Source: Hypanus sabinus
Taxonomy: Eukaryota
Assembly: GCF_030144855.1 (NCBI RefSeq)
Contig: NC_082730.1
Location: 14,756,001-14,820,000 of the forward strand
DNA: 64,000 nt
Reading direction: 5' to 3'
In this document: piece by piece, positions 25,275 to 37,400 of the stretch
How the letters are laid out: each line of letters starts with the position of its first letter
How positions within the stretch are numbered: the stretch's first letter is position 1
The notes under the pieces: generated by a model
Database searches by the model: none
What the model was told of the DNA's origin: nothing
The model's input: only the letters and a program-made list of their open reading frames with translations
Made by a program: the position numbers and the translations under genes

Positions 25275-25879
25275 GGGTTTGAATTGTTGATTGAATTTCC
25301 AGCATCTGCAGATTTCCTCGTGTTTGTCTGGAACCTCTGTCCTCTGTACTTTCCTTATGAAACACAATGTGGAGATACAGCAGTGGGTACTCCAGAAAGA
25401 CAGCTTCTTCCATCCTCTTCCTTGATTGGCCCATCGCATCTGAAAACTACTCAGCAAACCATGGTATCAAATGTTGATGAGGCAATCTCGCTGCAGCGCA
25501 GTTCAGTGGTGATGATTAAATATTCCTGTTACAGCCTGATACGGCTGAGAAAAGCAACTACTTCTAAGGTCTGTGCAGTTGATAAAGATGTTCTAATGTG
25601 AGTGAACCATCTATCACTGCCTAAAACCGATTGAAACAATGCTGATTGTGGCCCTTATTCTCATTGGACTCCTTGAAGGAAACTTTGCTGCCAATCAGGG
25701 ATATGGGTGCATTTAAGAAGATGGGGATTTTGACTCCCAATATTGACTATCGTGCTGGCAATCGTACAGTCTGTAGTAAATAAAATTGAACATCTCAGAG
25801 CTATGGTGAAGTATCAGATGGGACATTTGGAGCACTCTAATCATATGTTTCATAGAATCCTGGTTAACCCCTTCTGTAC

Positions 25880-27665
25880 CAGACACAGCGATACAGATTG
25901 ACGGGTTCACTTTAGGATTGATGAGTCTATCAAAATCCTCTTGGTGCACAAATGTATCAATGATGTATCAATTCTGATGACTTGATCTGGAATATCTCGC
26001 AATTAAGGGCCGTATAATTTTACCTGCTGCAGGAGATTTCAGCAGTCATTTTGGTAGCGGTGTACATTTCACCTCAAGGCAAAGTCAAGCAGGCTATAAA
26101 TGAGCTGATCGATTTGATCAACATGCATAAAGCAACATACCCTGAAATCTTTCTCATTTTGGGGGACTTTAACCAGGCCAGCTTGAAAAGGTCACTGAAC
26201 AATTATCATCAACAATTTTTTTTGTAATACGTATCAGAGAAATCAACCCACTGGATCACTGTTACAAAAAGATCAAAAATGCCTACCGTGATATCCCACG
26301 CCCACACTTTGGAAAGTCTGATCACCTGTCTGTACTTCTACTCCCTGAGTACAGGCAGAGGCTGAAGACTGCAGCACCAGCAGTGAGGACCGAGAAGGTG
26401 TGGACAAGGGAAGCACAGGAGTGCTTACTTTGAAACAGTAGACTGGACTGTATTCAGGGATTCACTTTCAAATCTGGACGAGTATGCCGCAGTTGTTACC
26501 AGCTTCATTAAAACCTGTGTGGATGAATGTTTGTGTACAAAAACTGGTTATACTGGTTATACATTCCCAAACCAAAAGCCATGGATGAACCTGGAGGCAC
26601 ATCATCTGCTGAGGGCTAGATTTGTGGCATTTAAGTCTGGTGACCCAGGTCTGTACAAGAAAATCAGGTATGACTTGTGGAGGGCTATTTTAAGAGAGAA
26701 GAAACAATTCTGCGCAAGGTTGACATCAGATGCATGTCAACTCTGGCAGGGTTTGCAGGACTTTACTTCCTACAAAGTGAAACCCAATATCTCTCTATAC
26801 AGTACTTATGACTGTGTGGCTAGGCATAGCTTAAATGTCATTATAAATTTCCTGATGATGCAACCATTGTTGGTAGAATCTCAGATGGAGAAGAGAGAAC
26901 GTACAGGTCCGAGATATATTGGAGTGGAATCACAGCAACAACCTTGCATTCAACGTCAGTAAGATGAAAGAGCTGATTGTTGGCTGCAGGAAGGGTAAGA
27001 TGAAGGAACACAGACCAATCCTCAAGGAGGGATTAGAAGTGCAGGGAGTAAGCAGTTTCAAGTTCCTGGGTGTCAAGATCTCTGAGAATCTAAGCTGGTC
27101 CCAACATATTGATACAGTAGAAGTTTGAAGACACTTGGTTTGTCACCTAAGACACTCAAAAACTTCTATAGATGTACTATTGTGAGCATTGTGACAAGCT
27201 GCATCACTGTCTGGTATGGAGGACAGGAGGAGGGCTACAGAACAGGACCAAGAAAAGCTACAGAAAGTTGTAAAGTAAGTCAGCTCCATCTTGGGTTACT
27301 AGCCTCCATAGTACCCAAGATGTCTTCAAGGAGTGGCATCTCAGAAAGTTGTTATTAACGACCGTATCACCCAGGATATGCCATCTTTTCCTTGTTACTG
27401 TCAGGAAGGAGGTACAGAAGCCTGAAGGCACACATCAATGATTCAAGGACAGCTTCTTCCCTTCTGCATCTGATTTCTAAATAGACATTAAACCCATGAA
27501 TACTACCTCACTTAAAAAATATATATTTCATCTGTTTTTGGACTATTTTAATCCATTCAATACACATATATACTTACTGTAATTGATTTTTAAAAATGTC
27601 TATATTACCATGTATTGCTAAGTTAACTAATTTCACTGCACATGCCGGTGATAATAAATTGGATG
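25880..27665 (+). mobile_element. Rex1/Babar-type LINE, fragmented
   Basis: GDFNQASL endonuclease motif; FPNQKPWMN; SFKFLGVKISENLSWS; FYRCTIVSI. Confidence 0.8.
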
Positions 27666-28301
27666 CTGAGAACAAGTGTACAGATATGAAACACATCCTG
27701 TGTTTCAGCAGCTGGATTAGACTATCAACACCTTACAACAGTTCAGTGAAATGAGTGAAAATGTTGTTTAATTATATTTGCTTGAACGAAATCCCAATCT
27801 TATAAACTGAACTGTGGAATATTACAATGTTCTCCACTCTGTGTCTCTGAAGTGCTTTGTGATGTCCCGTGACAGGGTGAGGCTGCAGTTTAAGCAATCC
27901 TTCCCTCAGAGTATTGACAAGCTCAGGTTTAACAGGTCCACATCCATCGGTGGGGCAACTGCATCTGGAAGTATCTATGGCTAATCACGCTCATGAGATA
28001 ACCGTGACCTGAAGAGGATATGAACTCAAAACTGACTCTGGTCATATTGCACCACTTTCTCATATATCGAGTGAAGGATGTTATGTCACCTGATCATTTG
28101 TACCTGATTAGGAGTGAGTAATCTATGTTTTCTAACTTCATGATTACAACAAGTTCCACTTCTGTCATTTTCAAATCAGATGATTTAGTGTACAATCTTG
28201 GATTACAGTCACAGATCATCTTTGAGATACACAACATCTCCTGTTTGGAATTTCACACCCCGTTGACCCATACAAGATGCAACAAGTTGTGCATCACTCA
28301 T

Positions 28302-28307
28302 TTTATT
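28302..28307 (-). terminator. Candidate polyA signal of gene B
   Basis: AATAAA on the minus strand about 113 nt into a candidate terminal exon (gtgttcag|AAA TAT TGA at 28420); conserved in the paralogous block at 19966. Confidence 0.5.
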
Positions 28308-28411
28308 CAGCTCCCTATATTACTTTCTATTCTTCTTTGTCCTTTAACACCCTTGTACAGTGACATCAATTGTACCTGTATTGAATAATTCATCACAGCA
28401 ATCACTATGTA

Positions 28412-31400
28412 TCAATATTTCTGAACACACAAAAACAAAATAAGATAGTGGCGCGTTCGATCGCTGCAGCTCCAACAGGGCCGCAAAAATCTGCTGAACG
28501 TTAAGAACTGAAAGTACTGCTGGTCTAACCCATTTGTGAGTTGCTTGTTGGTGGAGAAACTGAAGGAGCCAGATTTGGTGCAGAGAGTGATGCTTCCTGC
28601 AAAAGAGAGGCATTAGTGCATGAAGTCTAGCGGTGAGTGATTGTCTTATTTGCTTTTCTTGAGGTCGCACAACACTTCTGGCAACTGGTAATGTGAAATA
28701 CTGCAAGTACAAATCATTTATTGGCAGATGGCAGGAGAGCTGTGTGGCCTTGGTCGTAGCAAGGACTTGGCCCCAAGCTGTGTTGTCTATTTACAGCCAC
28801 CCATGAGAGAGGCATCGGAGCTGGTGCCCTCCGCTGGAGGCAGTGTGGCGCACCATCCAAGCTGGAGTCAGTGCTGCCCCCCAGTGTTCACTCAGCAGAA
28901 AACAAGCCATTTTGTGTTTAACCGCAAATTTTTACAACATTCATGGGACTTAGGGTCTTGTGTGACTGTATTTTACTGATACAGAAACATGCTTGTTATC
29001 TTATATGTATTATTGTGCTTATTGCTCTGTGTGACTGTTGGTACTGCGTTTTTCACCTTGGCCCCAGAGTAATGCTGTTTCATTTGGCTATATTCATGCA
29101 TATTCTGGTATGGTTGAATTACAATGAAACTTGAGCTCTGAATATGTACCAATTTGAAATGAAATCTGCAGATAATTGAAATACCCAACAAATCAGTTAA
29201 CATCTGCAGAGATAAATCTGCCATAATACTGATATCAATAAGGGCAACATTTTGGAGAAGGAAATCAAAAATCAAAGTCACTGACTTGAAGGATGGCAAC
29301 ATTATCTTGTTCGGTTTTCATTTTAATTCTCACTGCACAAAGTGTGCAGAAGAATGAATATATGAACTTGATGCAAAATTCCAGCTTGTTCAGTGTAATC
29401 TTGGAGTCTTCACTTTACCTCCCAGACCACCAGGCTGAAAGGATCAGATTCATCACGTCTCTGCAAAAGACAATGGTCAACCCATCAGATTCTTCGACAA
29501 TGCTTTAGTGCAGGTGGCCACTCACAATGGAATTCTGTCTGAAAGAAGCATTCCATACATACATCAAACATTGTACACACAAGAGACCATGTCAAAGCTG
29601 AGCCATATCATTTGCATAAAGCATGATTTTATCATAGGATGAAAGAGGACTCATGTATTTAAATGTTTTTTTCTCAAATGAACAGTATATTTGAAAGCGA
29701 TTCCAGTGGTGTCCATAAGCTTACCTTCGTTACTCTTGTGAACCACATGACTGAAATCGTGCTGATCATCAGGAGAGCAAAGAGCAGCCAGCGACCCACC
29801 TTCCACATCGTGAAACTGGGCAAAGGGGAAGAGATATAGAATTAGTTCGAGGAAATGAGGTGGCTTTGTGTTTGAAACATTTGCCTCCTGTTTCCACCGT
29901 AATCTCAGTGGAGTGAAGTGAGGTAAAGCAGCTGGGCCAGGGGAGTTCAACAGGAGACCAAACTAGTGTTCAAAAGAGCCCCACATCACCCCCACCAATC
30001 ACGGTCACGTGGAGCCATGGTGTAATTGGTGGTTGGTTGTATGAGCAGCTGGTGCATATCACAAGTCCTGGTAATGCGACCACTGACACCAGGCAGATAA
30101 TCTCTGAAGTGTATTGATAATGGCTGGGTCACCCATCTTGTAAAGACACTGCCCAGAAAAAGGCAATGGTAGACTACTTCTGTAGAAAAATTTGCTAAGA
30201 ACAATCATGGTCATGGAAAGACCATGATTGCAAATGTCATACAACATTGTGCATAACAAATGAATATAGAACTGAGAAAGATCATCGTTGGTGATCAGAA
30301 AGAAAAACTCGTTACTCTCTGGACTAGTGTTTATGTGGGGTTGGAAGAATTAAGTTCAACTATTTCATAACCAATCTAAAAGCCAATAAAAGTCTTTGCA
30401 AATTGAAATTCGGGATAAATTAACCAGAGCATGTATGAAAGGCAATAAGAAGTGACAACAATAAAATGCACTTTATCATGATAAGAAAAACAATTTAATG
30501 CATTAAGGGGAAAAAATATGTTGAGTGGCTCTGCATAGAGATTTGGTAGATAATGTGTGCAAGAAGAAGAGAGAAGATTCAAAATGTTTGATCTCAAAGT
30601 GACAGCATAATATTAGAAAGGGCCAATCATAGCACCAGCAAAGAGAACATTGTGCTTTCAGCAAAACTGGATCAAGTGATTTACCTTGCAGTTGATACTG
30701 TTGTAAATGTTTCACATGAATATTCACGTCCTGTTGAAACAAGGAAGGAAATTCAGTCTTGTGTGTTTTCCAAATGCACCCAAGCAGGAGTACATGATTT
30801 TCAAGTGGAAACTCATGCCTTGAGTGAAAAATGACTGCTTTCACAGAGGTGGGTGGTTCTATTTCCTGTGCATTACCGAACATCAATGTTGCTGGGGAAG
30901 ATCCTGAGGAGCATTACAGAGAAGATGCCGAAGTGTTTGCATTTGTTAGGGGATCTGTAACATATTAACAAGATTAAGACTGTTTCACACACCCATCTGT
31001 GCCAGCTTTTGAGGTTTAGGAGCTCTAACTCCCCAGAGTGTGGTTAGATGGTGTGGCCCCTTTAAAGATTCAGGACTGACCCATTCATTGCCAATCATAT
31101 TCTGGGCACAAAGGGTTGAGTATTTAAGGAGCAGCTGAAATGAGGTTCGGTGTTCAATCATAAGTGATTTCATCCTGTGTTTGTTTTGAGCTCAGATCCA
31201 AACCTTCTTTTGAATATCCCAGTATACGGGTCCAATTCAACTGTATCAAGGACCCTCATCACAAGGATATGGTCATTCAAAACTGAGGCGCATAGGAACT
31301 TATTAATCTCTGGAATTCTCCACATGGGAGGTTGTGATGCTGGACCAAAGGGATGATTAAAGAGAAAGTAGATAATCATTTTTATAGACAGAGAATGGAG

Positions 31401-34400
31401 AACCGTGGGAAGAGTTGAAACCTGAGATAGATCAGCCCTTCAACTGAGAGACGAAATAGCCTGCTGCTGCAAGTATCTTCTTGAGTTCTCATACTAACTG
31501 CATGAGCTTTCTAGAGGTTCCTTAGATTGTTCTATTCTGTCTATTTTCTATAAAATATTGTTAAAATTGTACAAGGCATTGGTGAGGCCAAATTTGGAGT
31601 ATTTTGTACAGTTCTGGTCACCGAATTATAGGACAGATGTCAACAAAATAGAGAGAGTACAGAGGAGATTGACTAGAATGTTACCTGGGTTTCAGCACCT
31701 AAGTTACAGAGAGAGGTTGAACAAGTTAGGTCTTTATTCTTTGGAGCATAGTAGGTTGAGGGCAGACTTGATAAAGGTACTTAAAATTATGAGGGGGATA
31801 GATAGAGTTGACGTGGATAGGCATTTTCCATTGAGAGTAGGGGAGATTCAAACAAGAGGACATGAGTTAAGAGTTAAGGGGGCAAAAGTTTAGTGGTAAC
31901 CATACAACCATATAACAATTACAGCACAGAAACAGGCCATCTCGGCTCTTCTAGTCTGTGCCTACGCTTACACTCACCTAGTCCCACTGGCCCTCACTCA
32001 GCCCATAACCCTCCATTCCTTTCCTGTCCGTATACCTATCCAATATTACTTTAAATGACAATACCGAAACTGCCTCTACCACTTCTACTGGAAGCTCATT
32101 CCACACAGCTACCATTCTCTGAGTAAAGAAATTCCCCCAAGTTACCCTTAAACTTTTGCCCCCTATCTCTCAAATCATGTCCTGTTGTTTGAATCTCCCC
32201 TACTCCCTCGTAACATGAGGGGGAGCTTCTTTACTCAGAGAGTGGTAGCTGTGTGGAACGAGCTTCCAGTAGAAGTGGTAGAGGCAGGTTCGATATTGGC
32301 ATTTAAAAAAAATTGGATAGGTATATGGACAGGAAAGAAGTGCAGGGTTATGGGCTGCGTGCAGGTCAGTGGGATTAGGTGAGAGTAAGTGTTCGGCGTG
32401 GACTAGAAGGGCTGAGATGGCCTGTTTCCATGCTGTAATTGTTATATGGTTATATAAATGGCCTGCAGGAATGAGTTTACAAATCCAGAAGGAGCATGTT
32501 TAGTTATTTACTACTTCTCAAAGATGAGAAAATCTCAGTCAGCAGATTAACCACGAAGCCACCACATTCAGCAAGAGCAAGCTGGAGACACGATGCTCTC
32601 TGGTGAAGGACTAACTTCTTAGCTACTGACTGCTAAGGCATCCCATTCTCTGCAGGAAGCGTCATGATGGAAACAAATACAAGTCTAAGAGTATAACATT
32701 CATTACAAACCACTCATTCAATTACACCACAGTGATCACCCTAAGGAGTCACTCCCTCCACAACTTACCCATGTGACTCAATTGCATCAGATATTTGTAC
32801 TTCCCTCCTCTGTTGTAGATGGACATATTCACAGTTTCACTTGATTTTGTTCCAAGCGTATTTGTGGCTTTGCAGTAATATTTATTGAGTTGGTGTTTGA
32901 AAGGTTGACAATGTAGATCCAGTTTATTGGTGTCTGAGATCTTTGAATCCATAGATGGTGTCTTTTCATACCATGAGTATTGAATTGGAAGGGATCCCTG
33001 GACAGACTCACATGACATTGATGCTGAACCCGCAAGATGTGAGACGTTTGGTGGTGACAGAAATCCAAGCACTGGGACAGATACGGGTTCTGCAGGAAAG
33101 GACCAAACATTTAGACACTGAGTAAACACCTGAAAATCAAACACACCCTGGTTTCACCATTTTTGTATCTCAGCCAGGGCTCACCATTTTGGAATCTCAC
33201 CAGCTCCTTTACCTCTCTGTGTCTCTATATCCTCCCAGCTACCTGGTCTACCATGTCTGCCATTATCCTACAAGATAGCAGGTCTCCAGATCGGGACAGC
33301 AGTAATGATAACAAAAATATATCAGTGTGAAAATCAGGGCTACAGCTCTCTCGGCAGCAGGAAGCCAGGTTACAATTATATTTTTCACCAGAAATGAACT
33401 GGATGCTAAAAATCTGAATTATAATCAGATTTATTATCATGTACATGTGAGAGTATGTGTTCCCCTGACTTCCCATTCTGAAAGTCCGCAATCATTTCCT
33501 TGATTTTGCTGACAGTATGCGCAAAATTATTGCTGTGACACCACTCGACCAGCTGATCCAACTCGCCCCTGTATGCCCACTCATCGCTATCTGAGATTCC
33601 ACCAACAACAGTGGTGTCATCGGCAAATTGATAGACGGCATTTGAGCTGAACTGAGCCACACAGTCATGTGTGTAGAGCAGTGGGCTAAGCACTCATACC
33701 TGAGATGTGCCTGTGTTTATTGTCAATGAGGAGGACATGTTATTACTAATCCACACTGGCTGGGGCCTGTCAGGAAGGGAGCCAGACTCCAGGGAGTGAT
33801 ATCGTCTGGGGGTGGGGGCTTGGATTGCATTCACAGGGATAGAAGGTGTAAGATACTGCAGGGTGGGGGAGGAATTGAAGGGATGGGCAACAGGCTGGTC
33901 TTCTCTCTAAGAACTGAACACTGTCTATTGTTCTCTGGGGACTGATTAACTTTCTATAATTTTTGAGGTAGTTGGACCATGATCATCACTTATTTCTCAT
34001 TGATTTATTACTGTTGAATCATTAGTTTTAGTCTGAATGCAAACTTCTGACACGGTGACATATCATACAGTTCAGAGACAGGATAATGTGCTGGGCTTCC
34101 CAGTGGAAAGCACTGGCCAGCCAGTGAGTCAGACAACATGAGTGAGGTTTCTTGACCCCTGCCCACCTCCTCACAGGTCTCTGCACTGTTGTGAAGCATC
34201 AGAATACCAGAGCTGCCATGACCCTTCCATGGATCAGACCTAATTCAATTGCTGAGAAACTTACCATCAGAGACTCGTAGATATACGACAAATGTTGGGT
34301 CGTTGCCAGATGTTGTAATTCCACATCTGTACCACCCTGATTCTCCAGAGCGAAGATCCTCCACGGTAACTGTAAATATTCCCCGCGTTGGGTTATCTAT

Positions 34401-37400
34401 GATTGACCGTCTTCCACTCTGTCCTTGTGTCCCATTTGTTTCCACTAAAACTGTACACTGGTGACTCGAACTACGGCACCAATACTTTGTGTGTGAACGG
34501 TACATTGGCGCATAGTGACAATCGATTTTGACCGCTCTTCCCACAACTCCTCTTACTTTATCTTGTGCCCATAAAGCACCTGAAACTGAGGAGGAAATTC
34601 TTCAGAAAATGAACAGTTAATTCAAATTGACCAAAAAAAAGTACATATTTTAATCAGCTACTGTACCAGAAGTATGCCCACTTCATCCATTAATAAAATT
34701 GACTAGCACATAACAGAACAGAAACGATAACATCATCCCTAATCACGTGTTCAGGATGTTGCAAAGGCCCTCATGACCACTGGTTTGCTGTTGACCAAAG
34801 CTGCTGTTGTCAGTGGCTGACTTTTATCTTTCCTCATTTCTGAGTGAATTCCAGATTCCAGTCTCACTCCGGCACCTTGGCAATAGAACCTCTGCTGCCC
34901 ATCCGGTGCCTGTCCTGAGAGACTGCAAACACTGTCCAAGGAGCTGCCTGTCACTGACATGAGGACCTTCTCTCATGCAGATGGTAAAACTCCATCAGTA
35001 TCACTTGAAAGAAGAGCAGAGGAAATATGCCCAGTTCCCTGGACACTCTTAATAATCCCTGTGAAATTATACAATACTGCCTGGCGATTACTAGTATGTG
35101 GTGTGTGATCTTGCTGCAATCAATGGCTTCTTTATTGGGTACACCAGTACACTTGCACATTAATGAGAATATCCAATCAACTATCCACGTGCCTGCAACT
35201 TGATGCACAAACGCATGCAGACATGGTCAAGAGGTTCTGTTGTTGCTGAAACCAAACATCACAATGGTGAAGAAATGTTATCTACATGACTGTGGAATGA
35301 TTGTTTGTGATAGATGAATTGGTTTGAGTATCTCAGAAACTGCTGATTTCCTGGGGTTTTCACACACCACCATCTCCAGAGTTAACAGAGAAAGGTGAGA
35401 AAAATAATAAGAAAGAAACACTGAGTGAGCAGCAGTTCTGTGGTATAAGCACCTTGCTAATGAGAGAGGTCAGAGGAGAATGGCCAGACTGGTTCAAGTT
35501 GACAGGACGGTCGCAGTAACTCAAATAGCCACAGATAACAAGAGTGCTGCACAGAAGAGCATCTCTGAATGGATACATTCATCGAACCTAGACGTGGAAG
35601 GGCTACAGCAACAGAGGACCTCACCAGGTTTCACTACTGTACCCAATAACATGGCCACTGAGTGTTGGTCGAGTTTGTCCTGCGGACTCGATGTCCCTGA
35701 TTATACTTGCTGTAAAATCCTGAAGTAGTGAAGCAGCTATAAAATAAATAACTTTTTCTCACATCAGCTATTTGAATTTGACATTCTGAACCTCTACTAT
35801 CACCACAGTGATGGTGGAAGGAAAATTGTCTCACCAGCTTTATCATTGGCAACATTTTCTGCAGCAGGATCTTCAAAAGGAAGGTGAACATAGTCTGTGC
35901 AGCCAAGGACAAGGAGAGGAAGAGAACTGAGGTGATGCAGGGGAAAATTCAGGATGTCAGAGATGAATAATTGAAGAGTACCTTAACCAAGAACTAGTGT
36001 CAATGTGACATGGGGGTCAGTACATGAACAAGAAAAGATGGGGGCACATATTGTCTGGGGAATATGAAAAAAGAAAATTAATCAGAATACATCAGGGGAC
36101 AGGAGGCCTGTTATAGAAGAGAGGTGGCTTGTACACCACAGAAAGCCATTACTGGAATGTTTATTGATAGATAGATAGATAGATAGATACTTTATTCATC
36201 CCCAAGGGGAAATACAACATTTTTCCAATGTCCCATACATTTATTGTAGCAAAACTAATTACATACAGTATTTAACTCAGTATAAATATGATATGCATCT
36301 AAAATCACCCTCCCAAAAAGCATTAATAAATAGTTTTTAAAAAGTTCTTAAATAGTTTACTAAAGTGCATTGAGTGGTAACTTAATCTATCTATCTATCT
36401 ATCCGTCTATCTACTGATATGAGCCATTCCACCCAGCAACCCACCTATTTAAGCTTATCCTAATCACATGGCAATTTACAATGATCAATTAACCTACTAA
36501 CCACTACATCTTTGGACTGTGGGAGGAAACCCAACTTCTCACTGGAAGAACGTACTAAGTTTCTTAACAGAGGATGCTGGCACTGAACCCCGAACTCCAA
36601 CGCCCCAGGCTGTAATAGCATCATACTAGCCACTACACTACCAGGGTGGACTTGGATCAGTGGGCATGTGGGGAGATGAACTTTGGGGAGAGAGATTAGA
36701 TTGGAATGGCAGGAAGGAGGTTTAAGATAAGAACAGAGAGAAATGCAGAAAGGGGAAAAGATAAAGGAAGTTTAAAGAGGGAAACTGGGGGAGAGAAATG
36801 TCCAGATTTGCCTTTCCACTATCAGGCTCAATGACAAGCTGCTCTGAAAAGCCATCTCATTGACATTCTACAAGATCTCTTTCTTGGGACCACAGCAACT
36901 GGATTTTCCCTATTGGCCTGCATATTGAAATCCCCCATGACTATGGTAACATTCACTTTTCGACTCGCCTTTTCTATCTCACATTGTAATTTCTATCCCA
37001 CATTCTGGCTACTGCTCAGAGGCCTGTATATAATTGACATCAGGGTCTTTTTACCTTTACGGTTTCTTAACTCTATGCACAAAGATTATACATGTTCCAA
37101 TCCTATGTCACCTCTTTCTAGTGATCTAGTGATTTGATTGCTCTGCTTGTCAGGTGAGATTTACAACTGTGAAACAACCTCAGAATCTTCAATTTATCTT
37201 AGCTGTTTGTCCTGTGTACTGCTTCTGAGAATGGGTTTGAGGAGCTCCATGTGTGAGCACAAGTAATGACCGAGGAACAGCATAGCTGATGAGTTGTTGG
37301 CTCTGATCATAATGTGTGAGTACAGTTTCCTATCGTGTCACCATTTCCTTTCTTCTTTTGAAAGCCACCTCATACTAATTTGTCCATTGCCATTCCTTTC

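Noticed and set aside
28300-28365. ITIM-like SLYKGV (SLYKGL at about 20015) in the gene B tail
   Set aside because: It lies behind an in-frame stop in both copies and within probable 3' UTR; likely chance.
30503-30886. 127-aa ORF as an independent gene or extra Ig domain
   Set aside because: No domain pattern; it overlaps the 46-nt stalk exon in a different frame.
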